Shown here piece after piece: positions 42,182 through 52,636 of a DNA stretch of 64,000 bases. Position numbers and translations under genes: made by a program. The notes under the pieces were generated by a model, which saw nothing but the letters and a program-made list of their open reading frames with translations, searched no databases and was not told where the DNA came from. The DNA lies in the NCBI GenBank assembly GCA_965225945.1, contig CBDDBZ010000031.1, positions 64,001-128,000 on the forward strand. Direction: 5' to 3'. The DNA comes from Alphaproteobacteria bacterium. GTDB taxonomy: Bacteria; Pseudomonadota; Alphaproteobacteria; GCA-2731375. Every line of letters starts with the position of its first letter. Within the stretch, counting starts at the first letter, position 1.

Positions 42182-43561
42182 TTAGATTTCGTAACCGCGC
42201 TCACCATGCAGAGGCACGTCGAGCCCTTCCAACTCCACGCGTTCCTCTACCCGCAGGCCCATCGTGAGGTCGAGTACCTTCAGGATGACGAATGAGGCGA
42301 CGCCGCAATAAACCACGGTGACGATGATGCCCAAGGCCTGTGGCCAGAGTTGGGCGACGTTGCCTTCGATGACGCCGGGCGTGCCGCCGATCGCCTCGAC
42401 GGCAAACACCCCGGTGAGCAACGCGCCGACGATGCCGCCGATACCATGTACGCCGAAGGCGTCGAGGGAATCATCGTACTTCCCCCAGCCCTTCAGCGCG
42501 ACCGCGCCCCAATAGCACGCCGCGCCGGCGCAGATGCCGATGATCAGCGCGCCCATCGGGCCGACAAAGCCCGAGGCCGGCGTTATGGCGACCAAGCCGC
42601 CGACGGCGCCGGAGATGAGGCCGAGACCGCTCACTTGCCGGCGCATGAGCAATTCCACCAAGGCCCAGCTCAGAGCGGCGGCGGCGGCGGCGATTTGCGT
42701 GACCAGAAGCGCCATGCCGGCCGCGCCGTCGGCGGCGAGCGCGGAGCCGGCGTTGAAGCCGAACCAACCGACCCAAAGCAGGGAAGCACCGACGAAGCTC
42801 AGGACCAAGCTGTGCGGCGCCAAATATTCCTTGCCATAGCCCAATCGCGGCCCCACGACGATGGCGGCCACCAGTCCGGCGACGCCGGCATTGATGTGCA
42901 CCACCGTCCCGCCTGCAAAGTCGAGAACGCCAAAATCGCCGAGGAAGCCGCCACCCCAGACCCAATGGCAGATGGGCGCGTAGACGAGGATGAGCCAGGC
43001 CACGGTGAACACCATCAAGGCCGAGAACTTCATCCGATCGGCGAAAGCACCGCAGATCAGGGCCGGCGTGATGATGGCGAAGGTCATCTGAAAGGCCACG
43101 AAGACGCTTTCCGGGATCGTGCCGCTCAGGCTGTCCGTCCCCAAACCGTTCAGGAAGAGCCGATCCAGCCCCCCGATCACGGCATTGCCTTCACTGAAGG
43201 CGAGGCTGTAGCCGGCGATGACCCAGACGATAGTCGCGAGACAGCAAATTGCGAAACTCTGGACGACCATCGCCAGTGCGTTCTTGCGGCGCACCATGCC
43301 TCCGTAAAAGAGCAAGAGCCCCGGGATGGTCATCATCAGGACCAGAGCCGTCGCCACGAGCATCCATGCGGTATCCGCGCCGTTCAGCTTCGCGGTCGTC
43401 TCGTCGGCCAGCGCCGGCTCCGTGGACAACGCCAGCGCCGCCAAGGCAGCCCCAAACCCGATCGCCGGACGAGATCTCCAAGTCGCGGTGGTGGCGAAAC
43501 GCCGGGCCCATGACCAACGGCATCCCTTCGAGTTCATCAATCCGGGACGCGGTCTAGACAT
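42182..43561 (-). CDS. amtB: Ammonium transporter
   Basis: DTAWML, DFAGGTVVH, LWVGWFGFNAGS, DDSLDAFGVHG; both pore histidines present. Confidence 0.95.
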   Translation of the reverse strand: MSRPRPGLMNSKGCRWSWARRFATTATWRSRPAIGFGAALAALALSTEPALADETTAKLNGADTAWMLVATALVLMMTIPGLLLFYGGMVRRKNALAMVVQSFAICCLATIVWVIAGYSLAFSEGNAVIGGLDRLFLNGLGTDSLSGTIPESVFVAFQMTFAIITPALICGAFADRMKFSALMVFTVAWLILVYAPICHWVWGGGFLGDFGVLDFAGGTVVHINAGVAGLVAAIVVGPRLGYGKEYLAPHSLVLSFVGASLLWVGWFGFNAGSALAADGAAGMALLVTQIAAAAAALSWALVELLMRRQVSGLGLISGAVGGLVAITPASGFVGPMGALIIGICAGAACYWGAVALKGWGKYDDSLDAFGVHGIGGIVGALLTGVFAVEAIGGTPGVIEGNVAQLWPQALGIIVTVVYCGVASFVILKVLDLTMGLRVEERVELEGLDVPLHGERGYEI

Positions 43562-43971
43562 TTCATCCCCCCCGAGAACACCTCTAAGTCACGCGGAATC
43601 GCATTGGAAACAAGTGTAGATTCGAAACTGACAAACCTCGATTGTTTAAAGGTCGCGATCTCGTCCCGTCATCATTTCGATGCAATCCATCGTTTGTGCC
43701 CCTTTGGTATGTCGACGGCGCCACTGCATGACGAGAGAGGTCGGGACGGAGCTGGGAGTCTAGCTGGAAGATCGCCTTGAGTCTTTACTTTGGATTCTCT
43801 TGAAATTCGAGGCGTTCAGGTGATGATGGGCCCGATCGGCGTCCTTATGGACAGAAGGCAAGACCCCGCCCGCACGGAGCTGCCTCAAGGGATGGACGGC
43901 GATGCGGTAAAGCTCCTTGGGTGAGGACATCGACACCAACGACCCCGAGCGGGCGATTGACCTTCCACGTC

Positions 43972-45096
43972 CTAGTGTCCCGATTCCGAAGTTCGCATGA
44001 TTTTCGCCTGCTGTTCAGCGGTTTCGATTGTTCGGAGGCAGAACCGCTGGATGGCGGCGAGGATGTCATCGGCGGATTTGGTCCATTTGAAGGGTTTGGG
44101 GTTCTGGTTTGTCGTGTCGATGTAGTCGAGGATGGTGCGCTCCAGCTCCTTGGTGGAGCGATGGACGCCGCGCCTGATCTGTTTGTCGGTCAGCAGCCCG
44201 AACCAGCGCTCGACCTGGTTGAGCCAGGAGGCGCTGGTGGGTGTGAAATGGGCCTGCCAGCGCGGCCGTTTGGCGAACCAGTCGCGGATCGCCTTGGTCT
44301 TGTGGGTCCCGTAGTTGTCCATGACGATGTGGATGTCGAGATCAGCAGGGACGTTCGCCTCGACGAGGTCGAGGAATTTGCGGAACTCTCGGGCCCGATG
44401 GCGCGGGAAACATTTGCCGATGATCTCTCCCGTGGCGATGTCGAGGGCCGCGAAGAGAGAGGTCGTGCCGTGGCGCTTGTAGTCGTGGCTGCGCCGCTCC
44501 GCCTGCCCGGGGCGCATCGGCAAGAGGGGCTGGGAACGGTCCAGGGCCTGGATCTGGCTCTTTTCGTCGACACAGAGAACCAGGGCACGATCCGGCGGCG
44601 CCAAATACAGACCGACGATGTCGCGGACCTTCTCCACGAAGAAGGGATCGCTCGACAGCTTGAAGGTCTCCGAGCGATGCGGCTGCAAGCCGAAGGCCCG
44701 CCAAATGCGATGAATGGTCGAGGGCGCGTGGCCGCTCGCCCGCGCCATCGAGCGAAGGCTCCAATGGGTCGCGTCCGGCGGCGTCTCTTCCAGCGTCAGC
44801 CGGACCGCTTCCGCGATGGCGTCATCGCCGATTTGACGCGGCGCGCCGGGGCGGGGTTCGTCGTACAGACCGTCGAGGCCCTCCGCCGCATAGCGGCGAC
44901 GCCACTTGCCCACGGTGTCCGCGCTCGCCTCGAGACGAACGGCGATCTCCTTGTTCTCCAACCCTTCCGCCGCCGCCAAGACGATCCGAGCCCGCCGCGC
45001 AAGCCCCTGCGACGTCTTGCGACGACGAGACAGCGCCTCCAATTCGGCGCGCTCGTCATCGCTCAAAGAGATCGTCACCGCCACTCTCGCCATCAA
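43972..45096 (-). CDS. IS630-family transposase
   Basis: [37 protein letters not shown]. Confidence 0.95.
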   Translation of the reverse strand: MMARVAVTISLSDDERAELEALSRRRKTSQGLARRARIVLAAAEGLENKEIAVRLEASADTVGKWRRRYAAEGLDGLYDEPRPGAPRQIGDDAIAEAVRLTLEETPPDATHWSLRSMARASGHAPSTIHRIWRAFGLQPHRSETFKLSSDPFFVEKVRDIVGLYLAPPDRALVLCVDEKSQIQALDRSQPLLPMRPGQAERRSHDYKRHGTTSLFAALDIATGEIIGKCFPRHRAREFRKFLDLVEANVPADLDIHIVMDNYGTHKTKAIRDWFAKRPRWQAHFTPTSASWLNQVERWFGLLTDKQIRRGVHRSTKELERTILDYIDTTNQNPKPFKWTKSADDILAAIQRFCLRTIETAEQQAKIMRTSESGH

Positions 45097-45155
45097 TCGC
45101 GCCTCCTGAAAACAAATAGAGACATAATCATATCAATTTATCGATCAGGACACTA
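43973..45155 (-). mobile_element. IS630-family element
   Basis: IR TAGTGTCC(C/T)GAT, CTAG at both ends (TA duplication). Confidence 0.93.
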
Positions 45156-45437
45156 GGCTCCATCGCGGAGTTCGCGCGCGAACCTATCATCGATGGCATC
45201 GGGGACTTTCGCGCCGCCGCTCGCGAACGCGGCCGACGTCCGGCCCTTTCGCCCGAGCGGAAGATCGAAGTCCGCCGCCTGCGCGACAAGGCGGGACGCG
45301 AGATCGCCGAAATCGCCCCTTTTGTTCGAAGTTGAGCGCTGAACCGGCAGGCATCGGCTGGCGCTTGCCGACACGGCGCGCGCTCGCACATAATCCCGCC
45401 TTCGTCGAGGCGATCCGAGGAGAGGGAGGTGGCGTCG

Positions 45438-46016
45438 ATGTTCTCACCGAAGGGCGCGCTTCTCGCCCTGTCGATCGGGCTGCTCGGCGCGCCGGCCGGG
45501 GCGGCATCGATGGCGCCGGTCTCGCCGGCGCCGGCGCCTGCGGCACTCGCCGACGGGCTCGCCGTCGATTATTATTTCGAGGTCTTCAACAGCATCGACA
45601 ATCTCCTCGACTGGATGGACTCGGCCAAGCCCAAGGCCGGCCCGCCCTTGCCCCGGCTCGACTACAAGGTCGGCTTCGCCAAGGTGCTGACAGCCGATTC
45701 GAGCGATTTCGTCGGCGCCCACATCCAGGGGCTGATCCACTTGGCGAGGGCGGGCGAGTATGCCTTCGAGGTCACCTCGAACGACGGGGTCAGAATCGAC
45801 ATCGGCGGCGAGCCCTTCTTCGAGGATCCCGAGGTGCATCCCGACACCACCTCCGATCCGATTGGGCTGAAGATCGAGACGCCGGGTTGGTATGCGCTCG
45901 AGATTCTCTATTTCGAGAAGAAGAACACCTCGACCCTGATCCTGAAATGGCGCCCGCCGGGCGCCGGCGGGTTCGAATTGGTGCCGGCCTCGGCCTTCAA
46001 ACACCCGAAACGATAG
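45438..46016 (+). CDS. PA14-domain exported protein
   Basis: Signal peptide; G.I.....GEY.F...SNDG.R, LEILYFE, L.LKW. Confidence 0.8.
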   Translation: MFSPKGALLALSIGLLGAPAGAASMAPVSPAPAPAALADGLAVDYYFEVFNSIDNLLDWMDSAKPKAGPPLPRLDYKVGFAKVLTADSSDFVGAHIQGLIHLARAGEYAFEVTSNDGVRIDIGGEPFFEDPEVHPDTTSDPIGLKIETPGWYALEILYFEKKNTSTLILKWRPPGAGGFELVPASAFKHPKR

Positions 46017-46043
46017 GCCGTTCCGGAACCCGGGAGAGAATGG

Positions 46044-46364
46044 ATGAACGTGCAGGCGAGCATCGAGAGCAAGCTGATGGCGGGCCTGGCGCCCCGCCAT
46101 CTCGAAGTGGTGAACGAGAGCCACAAACACAGCGTGCCGCCCGGCTCGCAATCCCATTTCAAGGTGGTGATCGTCGCCGACGCCTTCGAGGGCAAGCGCC
46201 TGGTCGGCCGCCATCAATCGGTGAACGCGCTGCTGGCCGAAGAGCTGGAGGGGCCGGTCCACGCGCTCTCGATGGAGACGCTGACGGCGGAGGAATGGAC
46301 GGAGCGCGGCGGCAAGACCATGCAAACCCCCGATTGCCTCGGCGGCGGCAAGGCGGAGCGCTGA
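46044..46364 (+). CDS. bolA: BolA family protein
   Basis: VVNESHKH, SHFKVVIV...F.G...V.RH, VHAL, PDCLGG. Confidence 0.92.
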   Translation: MNVQASIESKLMAGLAPRHLEVVNESHKHSVPPGSQSHFKVVIVADAFEGKRLVGRHQSVNALLAEELEGPVHALSMETLTAEEWTERGGKTMQTPDCLGGGKAER

Positions 46365-46480
46365 ACCCAGGTCTTCTCAATCGGTGATCGGATGCACCCC
46401 CGGGCGGGCGGCCCCGCATTTTCGCGTCCGCGGATAATTCTATAAGATCCGACCCCCTCGGGGAGCGGGGACATGGGGAC

Positions 46481-47353
46481 GTGCATGCGATGACGAAGTT
46501 GGTGCCACCCGAAGCACCGGTGTTGCGGCGGATCGAGCCCGAGGGCCTGAGCCTGCCGGTGGTCTTCGATTCGCCCCACAGCGGCCTGCACCTGCCCGAG
46601 GATTTTCGCCCCGCGCAGCCGGCGATGATGATCCGGCTCGCCGCCGACAGCTATGTCGACGAACTCTTCGCCGGCGCGCCGGCGCACGGCGCCATGCTGA
46701 TCGCGGCCGAGTTCTCCCGCGTCTACATAGACCCCAACCGCGACGAGACGGACGTCGACCTGAAGCTGATCGAGGGTGATTGGACCGGGCCCCATATGGC
46801 GAGCTCGAAGCAGCGTTACGGCAAGGCGCTGATCTGGCGTTCGCTCGGTGAGGACATGCCGATGTACGACCGCCCGCTCTCGGCCGCCGAGGTGCGCCAT
46901 CGCATCGAGCACTATTGGCGGCCCTATCACGACGCGGTGGAGGGCGCGCTCGACGCGGCGCACGCGAGCAGTGGCGCGGTCTGGCACGTCAACTGCCACT
47001 CCATGGCCTCCTACGCCGGTTCGTCCCACCCCGATGCCGGCAAGCGGCGCCCCGACGTGACGGTGAGCGATCGCGACGGCACCAGCGCCGGCGCGGAGTT
47101 CGTCGAGTGCGTGGTCGGCGCCTTGCGCGCCATGGGCTACGAGGTGCGCATCAACGACCCCTACAAGGGGATGGCCTTGATCGAGCGCTACAGCGATCCC
47201 GCAAGGAAGCGCCACAGCCTGCAGATCGAGCTCCGTCGAGGGCTCTATCTGGACGAGCGGAATCGGCGGAAATCGGACGGCTTCGATCCCCTGAAGGCGG
47301 ATCTCGACCGGCTCTGCGGCGAGATCGCGGCCTTCGCCAGGATCTACCTTTGA
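46481..47353 (+). CDS. N-formylglutamate amidohydrolase
   Basis: DSPHSG, YIDPNR, WRPYH, NCHSM, NDPYKG, LQIE. Confidence 0.92.
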   Translation: MHAMTKLVPPEAPVLRRIEPEGLSLPVVFDSPHSGLHLPEDFRPAQPAMMIRLAADSYVDELFAGAPAHGAMLIAAEFSRVYIDPNRDETDVDLKLIEGDWTGPHMASSKQRYGKALIWRSLGEDMPMYDRPLSAAEVRHRIEHYWRPYHDAVEGALDAAHASSGAVWHVNCHSMASYAGSSHPDAGKRRPDVTVSDRDGTSAGAEFVECVVGALRAMGYEVRINDPYKGMALIERYSDPARKRHSLQIELRRGLYLDERNRRKSDGFDPLKADLDRLCGEIAAFARIYL

Positions 47354-47462
47354 GCGACGGCGCCGCGCGGGACGGCCCGGGGACAGCCCCAAGGGCGATC
47401 AGCATGAGGGCGCGGGAAGCCTTTCACGCCTGTGATTTCGCGCCCGAGGCGAGGGAGGAGCC

Positions 47463-48191
47463 ATGGCGACGACGATCGATTTCAGCGGCAGTCATGTGGT
47501 CGTGACCGGCGGCTCCAACGGCATCGGCAACGCCCTGGCACGCGCCTTCCGCGACCACGGCGCGGCGGTGACGGCGACCGGCACAGCTGCGCGCGAGAGC
47601 TACGCGAGCGACCTCGAGGGCATGGACTACCGGGCCCTCGAGCTCGGCGACGACGAGGCGATCGCCGCCTTCGCCGAGGAGATCGAGCGGCTGGACGTGC
47701 TGGTGAATTGCGCCGGCATGGTCGCCTACCGGGGCCAGGAGTTCGAGGTCGACACCTTCCGCCGGGTCATGGACGTCAACCTGACCGCGATCCTACAGCT
47801 CGCCACCCTGCTCCGGCCCAAGCTCGCCGAGCGCTCCGGCGCGATGATCAACGTCACCTCGCTCACCGCCTTCTTCTCCTCGCGCGGCAATCCCGCCTAT
47901 GGCGCCAGCAAGGCGGCGATCGTGCAGTTGACCAAGACCCTGGCGGTGGCCTGGGCGCGCGACGGCATTCGCGTCAACGCCATCGCGCCGGGCTGGGTCA
48001 AGACCAAGATGACCGAGATCTCCTGGAGCAACGAGAAAATCGACGAGGCGATCCTGGCGCGCACGCCGCTCGGCCGTTGGGCCGATCCCGAGGACTTGGC
48101 GGGCCCGGCGCTGTTTTTGGCCTCCGACCTCGCCCGCTACGTCACCGGCGAGACCATCGTGGTCGACGGCGGCTTCAGCCTGGTGATCTGA
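47463..48191 (+). CDS. SDR family oxidoreductase
   Basis: TGGSNGIG, YGASK, VNAIAPG. Confidence 0.92.
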   Translation: MATTIDFSGSHVVVTGGSNGIGNALARAFRDHGAAVTATGTAARESYASDLEGMDYRALELGDDEAIAAFAEEIERLDVLVNCAGMVAYRGQEFEVDTFRRVMDVNLTAILQLATLLRPKLAERSGAMINVTSLTAFFSSRGNPAYGASKAAIVQLTKTLAVAWARDGIRVNAIAPGWVKTKMTEISWSNEKIDEAILARTPLGRWADPEDLAGPALFLASDLARYVTGETIVVDGGFSLVI

Positions 48192-48279
48192 GGGGAGGGG
48201 GCGATCGCAAGCTTGATCGACAGTTTGGAAAAAGCCGGGCTGTCGCTGGCCAGGGCGTGAAGGGAAAACGGGAGGGACG

Positions 48280-49077
48280 ATGATGACGGCCGAGGACGAC
48301 AAGGTCGCGGGCGCGGCGCGCCAGCTCTTCGACGAGCATCGCTCGGGCGCGCGGCTCGACGGCTTGCCGGGCGAACTCTGGCCCGCCGACATGGCGACGG
48401 CTTACGCTATTCAAGACGGCCTGCTGGGCCTCCACGAGGCGGCCGGCGAGGGCGTGATCGCCGGCTGGAAGGTGGCGCTGACGACGCCGGTGATGCAGGC
48501 GATGGTCGGTGTGAACGAGCCTTGCGAGGGCGCGATCCTGGCCCATCGCCGGCACGATTCGCCCGCTCGCCTGGCCGCCGGCGACTTCGTCAACGTCGGC
48601 GTCGAGAGCGAGATCGCCGTCCGTTTGGGCAAGGACTTGGACGGTGGCACGCATGATCGCGAGTCCGTGGCCGGGGCGGTCGCGGCTTGCATGGCGGCGA
48701 TCGAGATCGTCGACGACCGGGGCATCGATTACAGCAAGATCGATGCGCCGCTGCTGATCGCCGACAACGCCTTCAATTTCGGCTGCGTGCTCGGCCCCGA
48801 GGTGATCGCGTGGCGGGACTTGGATCTCGCCCAGCTCCAGGGCCGGATGGCGATCAACGGCGAGGTGGTGGGCGAGGGCCTCGGCGGCGACGTCATGGGC
48901 CATCCGCTGGAGGCGCTGGCTTGGCTCGCCAACAATCTGAACCGCCGCGCCCGCCCGCTGCGCGCCGGCCAGATCATGCTGACCGGCTCCATCGTCGCGA
49001 CCAAATGGTTGAAGGCGGGCGAGCGGATGGAGAGCCAGATCGACAGCCTCGGCGAAGCCCGGCTCGAGCTTTCCTGA
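48280..49077 (+). CDS. 2-keto-4-pentenoate hydratase-like (FAH family)
   Basis: GWKVALT, VESEIA, IEIVDDR, IADN, GHPLEAL.WL. Confidence 0.88.
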   Translation: MMTAEDDKVAGAARQLFDEHRSGARLDGLPGELWPADMATAYAIQDGLLGLHEAAGEGVIAGWKVALTTPVMQAMVGVNEPCEGAILAHRRHDSPARLAAGDFVNVGVESEIAVRLGKDLDGGTHDRESVAGAVAACMAAIEIVDDRGIDYSKIDAPLLIADNAFNFGCVLGPEVIAWRDLDLAQLQGRMAINGEVVGEGLGGDVMGHPLEALAWLANNLNRRARPLRAGQIMLTGSIVATKWLKAGERMESQIDSLGEARLELS

Positions 49078-49256
49078 GCCAAGCGGGCGGGGTCGTGCCC
49101 TGGGCATCGGTCCCGACTTTCCGCTGCTCGCGCGGCTTCGAGGTGACGTGGACACGAGGCAGGCCAGATCATATGTTTTAATCGACAAATCCGAGCGGGG
49201 TTCGACGAGAGCGCCACCGCCGGGTGGGACGTTCGCAACCTGCATGTAGGACTGAA

Positions 49257-49682
49257 ATGCCGATCGAAGGGTCCGAAGAGCGCGATGCCATCAGGGATGC
49301 GGCCTACGCCGACCTGGACTCCCTCGATGAAGAATCCCGCGATGAAGGCTTCGAGCCCTGTTCAGAGCTCGCAAAAGACAATGCGCGCCGGCTTCTCCTG
49401 GCGCTATCTCACGAGGATCGTCCGGCTCCGGCGATCTATCCGACGAGCGACCGGGAAGTCGCGATCATGTTCAATAGGGCTGGTGACGGTAATGCCGTGC
49501 TCATCTTATGCGCGTCGAATGGCGAGGTCGCTTGTTTCGCCTCGATACGCGGTTCCAACCGACGAGCAAGATACGATTCGGCGCGAGGGCTGCCGGACGC
49601 CATCATCGCGCCGCTCTGGATCAATTACAACAACAGAACGAAACTTGGGCCTTGTCCTGATCCGTCGCGCCGATGGTCCTGA
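49257..49682 (+). CDS. Hypothetical protein, lower GC, possibly truncated
   Basis: ORF with AGGA RBS; no recognisable family. Confidence 0.4.
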   Translation: MPIEGSEERDAIRDAAYADLDSLDEESRDEGFEPCSELAKDNARRLLLALSHEDRPAPAIYPTSDREVAIMFNRAGDGNAVLILCASNGEVACFASIRGSNRRARYDSARGLPDAIIAPLWINYNNRTKLGPCPDPSRRWS

Positions 49683-49785
49683 ATTCGACGGATCCGCTCG
49701 ATCAGACCGTGGCCTACCGCGGCCTACCGGCCTGCATCGATTCCTTACGCATCGTCGAGGAGGTGTTGAAGGAGCGCGGCCAGAT

Positions 49786-50091
49786 TTAACCCTCGAGACC
49801 GTGGGCCTTGATCTCGACCTCGACGAAGGCCATCTCGCCGGCGCCGGCGTTGATCACGTCGTGCCGCACCCCCGCCTGGCGGTAATAGGATGCCCCGGCG
49901 CGGAGCTCGGCCACTTGCTCGCCCTCGTCGTCGACGATTCGCAAGCTGCCGTCGAGCGAGGGCACGATGACGTAGTCGTAAGCGTGAACGTGCCAGCCCG
50001 TCGCCTCCCCCGGGCGGAAGCGCCATTCGGTGACCCGGACCCGGTCGTTGTCGATCTGCACGCTCGCCCGTGCCGTGCCGTCTCCGTTCAT
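49786..50091 (-). CDS. Small cupin (BauB-like)
   Basis: TGWHVH..DYV.VP, GVRHDV.N, FVEVE. Confidence 0.85.
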   Translation of the reverse strand: MNGDGTARASVQIDNDRVRVTEWRFRPGEATGWHVHAYDYVIVPSLDGSLRIVDDEGEQVAELRAGASYYRQAGVRHDVINAGAGEMAFVEVEIKAHGLEG

Positions 50092-50236
50092 CCTCGCCTC
50101 CCGTCAGGGCCACCGATGAGGCCAATCAGATCATCGATTTCCTCCGGCGGGAAGCCCGTGCGATACAAAGCGCCCTCGCGGTCGCCCACCAGGTTGTTTG
50201 GGACAAGGTACCGCCGGCCGAGCTGGGAGGACGCGG

Positions 50237-51880
50237 ATGAACGGTGGTGAGTTGGTGGCGGAGACGCTGATCGCGCACGGCATCGACACGTTCTTCACCG
50301 TGCCCGGCGAGAGCTTCCTGACCGTGCTGGAGGCCTTGCGGCGCCACCAGAACAGCGTCCGCCTGGTCACCACCCGGCACGAGAGCGGCGCCAGCTTCGC
50401 GGCCGACGCCTACGCCAAGATCTCGGGCCGGCCGGCCGTGGTCATGGTCAGCCGTGGGCCCGGCGCCACCAACGCGGCGATCGGCGTGCACACGGCCAAG
50501 CAGGATTCGACGCCGATGCTGCTGTTCATGGGCCAGGTCACCTCCGCCTCCTTGGGGCGCGAGGCGTTTCAGGAGATCGACCCCGCCAGCACTTTCGCCT
50601 CGCTGGCCAAGGGCGTGTTCGAGCCCACCCGGCCGGAGGACATCGGCCAGGCGGTGGCCGACGCCCTCGCCTTGGCGAGGGACGGGCGGCCCGGGCCGGT
50701 GGTGGTGGCGGTTCCGAAGGACCTGGGCGAGGCCGAGGTCGGCCGGACGCCGGTACCCCGGCCGTCGCCCCCGGCCGGGCCCGTCGCGCCCGAGGCCAGC
50801 GCGGTCACGGCTGCCGCCCGCCTCCTGGCCGCGGCCGAGCGGCCGTTGATCGTGGCGGGCGAGGCGATCCTCTTCGCCGAGGCGCGCGACGCGCTGGTGC
50901 GCCTGGCCGAGGCCAGCGGGGCGCCGGTAATCGCCGCCTACCGCCGCCAGGACGCCTTCCCGAACGACCACGAGGCCTATATCGGCCATCTGGAGATCAA
51001 CCGGGTAGCCTACCAGCGTCGGGCGCTCGAGCGGGCCGACGTGGTGCTGGCCGCCGGCAGCCGGCTCGACGGTATCACGGGCGAGGATTTCGCCTGGCCG
51101 GCGCCGACGCAGAGCCTGATCCACCTCTATCCCGATGGCGAAGTGCTGAAGCGCTTCGACTCCGCCGTCGCCGTCGCCGGCGATCCGAGCGCCGGGCTCG
51201 ACGCCATCGCCCGCGCTCAGCCCGCGCCGAGCCCGGACCGCCTCGAATGGCGCGACGGGCTCAGGCGCGGCTATCTCGGCGACAACGATCCGGGAAACGC
51301 AGCCAACCACGGCGCGGTCAACCTCGCCCTTGTCGTGCGCGAGGTGGCGGCGCGGCTCGACGAGGACGCGGTGGTGCTGACCGACGGCGGCAGTTTCGCC
51401 CGCTGGGTGCACCGCTATCACCGCTTCACGCGCCCGCGCACTCAGGCGGGCCCGATTGCCGGCGCCATGGGCTACGCGGTGCCGGGTGCCGTGGGCGCGG
51501 CGCTGGCCCGGCCGGGTGCGCGGATCGTCGCCTATGTCGGCGACGGCGGCTTCATGATGACGGGCCAGGAGTTGGCGACGGCGCTGGAGCAAGGCCTCGA
51601 TCTCAAGGTCATCGTCTGCGACAACAGCGCCCACGGCTCGATCCTGCAGGGCCAGCTCAAGCGCTTCGGCGCGGAGGGGATCTACGGCACCCGCCTCGCC
51701 AGTCCTGATTTCGCCGGCCTCGCCCGAGCTTACGGCGCGCCGGCCTGGCGGGTCGAGACGACGGAGGAATTCGCGGCAGCCTTCGAGGCGGCGCTGGCCC
51801 ACATCGGCCCGGCGCTCTTGCACCTGATCACCGACGAGCGCGACATCCACCCCTTCGGCGAGGAGCGCGAGGCGGTCTAG
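50237..51880 (+). CDS. Thiamine pyrophosphate-dependent enzyme (acetolactate synthase-like)
   Basis: VPGES, RHESGA, GPGATN, GDGGFMM..QEL. Confidence 0.92.
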   Translation: MNGGELVAETLIAHGIDTFFTVPGESFLTVLEALRRHQNSVRLVTTRHESGASFAADAYAKISGRPAVVMVSRGPGATNAAIGVHTAKQDSTPMLLFMGQVTSASLGREAFQEIDPASTFASLAKGVFEPTRPEDIGQAVADALALARDGRPGPVVVAVPKDLGEAEVGRTPVPRPSPPAGPVAPEASAVTAAARLLAAAERPLIVAGEAILFAEARDALVRLAEASGAPVIAAYRRQDAFPNDHEAYIGHLEINRVAYQRRALERADVVLAAGSRLDGITGEDFAWPAPTQSLIHLYPDGEVLKRFDSAVAVAGDPSAGLDAIARAQPAPSPDRLEWRDGLRRGYLGDNDPGNAANHGAVNLALVVREVAARLDEDAVVLTDGGSFARWVHRYHRFTRPRTQAGPIAGAMGYAVPGAVGAALARPGARIVAYVGDGGFMMTGQELATALEQGLDLKVIVCDNSAHGSILQGQLKRFGAEGIYGTRLASPDFAGLARAYGAPAWRVETTEEFAAAFEAALAHIGPALLHLITDERDIHPFGEEREAV

Positions 51881-51904
51881 GCGTCTCGCGCGGGCGAGCC
51901 GTCC

Positions 51905-52273
51905 TCAGGAACTGTCGTCCTCGGGGCGGGCGCGGCTCGGGCGGTAGCCCTTGAGCGCCATGCAATCCTCGAAGACGCGACGGCGGACGCGCAGGTAGTC
52001 GGCCTCCTGCATGCGCTGGAGGCCGGAGACGTCGTGGTTGCGGTAGCTCTGCTCGAGCGCGATGGCACGCCCGTGGAAGCGTTCCTCGCGTCTGAGATCG
52101 GCGTCGTTCATCCGTGCACGTGCATAACGGCCGCACGCGTCGATATCGACCCAACGCGTCTGCTTTTCAGTGCCGGCCTTCTCCCAGCGTTTCGGCTGGT
52201 TGGTACAGGCGGCCAGCGCGAGCGACAGAATCGCGACCGAAACGGCGATCGGAATATGCACGCGGTTCGGCAA
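51905..52273 (-). CDS. Hypothetical lipoprotein
   Basis: GGAGG RBS + TTG start, lipobox LAAC, C-terminal CM..KGY. Confidence 0.7.
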   Translation of the reverse strand: MPNRVHIPIAVSVAILSLALAACTNQPKRWEKAGTEKQTRWVDIDACGRYARARMNDADLRREERFHGRAIALEQSYRNHDVSGLQRMQEADYLRVRRRVFEDCMALKGYRPSRARPEDDSS

Positions 52274-52397
52274 TGGAATACCTCCCTGACCCCAGGGCGA
52301 GCCTAGCGAGTTCGCGCCGCCGGGCGCAAGGCGTTCGGCGGCCCGAGGCGCAAAACATCGGTTGTCAGTTTTCCTCCGCCTCACTAAATTTTCCGCC

Positions 52398-52616
52398 ATG
52401 TCCGAGACCATTCCGTTGCTTCTGCACCAGGCGACGTCGAACCCCGGCCGGGTCGGCGCGAGGCTCGCGGCCAAGGGCTATCGGCTGGAGGTGCGCCGCG
52501 CCGCGCTCGGCGAGGAATTGCCCGAGACGCTGGAGGGCTATGGCGGTATCGTCACCGGGTTGGACGGCTTTCTCGATCGCTGGCTGGCGCCCCCGCTGGC
52601 GGCGGCGGCGGAATAG
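52398..52616 (+). pseudogene. Class I glutamine amidotransferase-like remnant with a large internal deletion
   Basis: N-terminal LHQ..S.PGRVG..L..GEELP.TL joined to C-terminal-like FLDRWL..AAE; catalytic core absent. Confidence 0.65.
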
Positions 52617-52636
52617 CCAGCGGGCGGGCGAGGGGC

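Noticed and set aside
43562-43970. Sigma54/NtrC promoter upstream of amtB
   Set aside because: No convincing GG-N10-GC or GCAC-N7-GTGC match was found.
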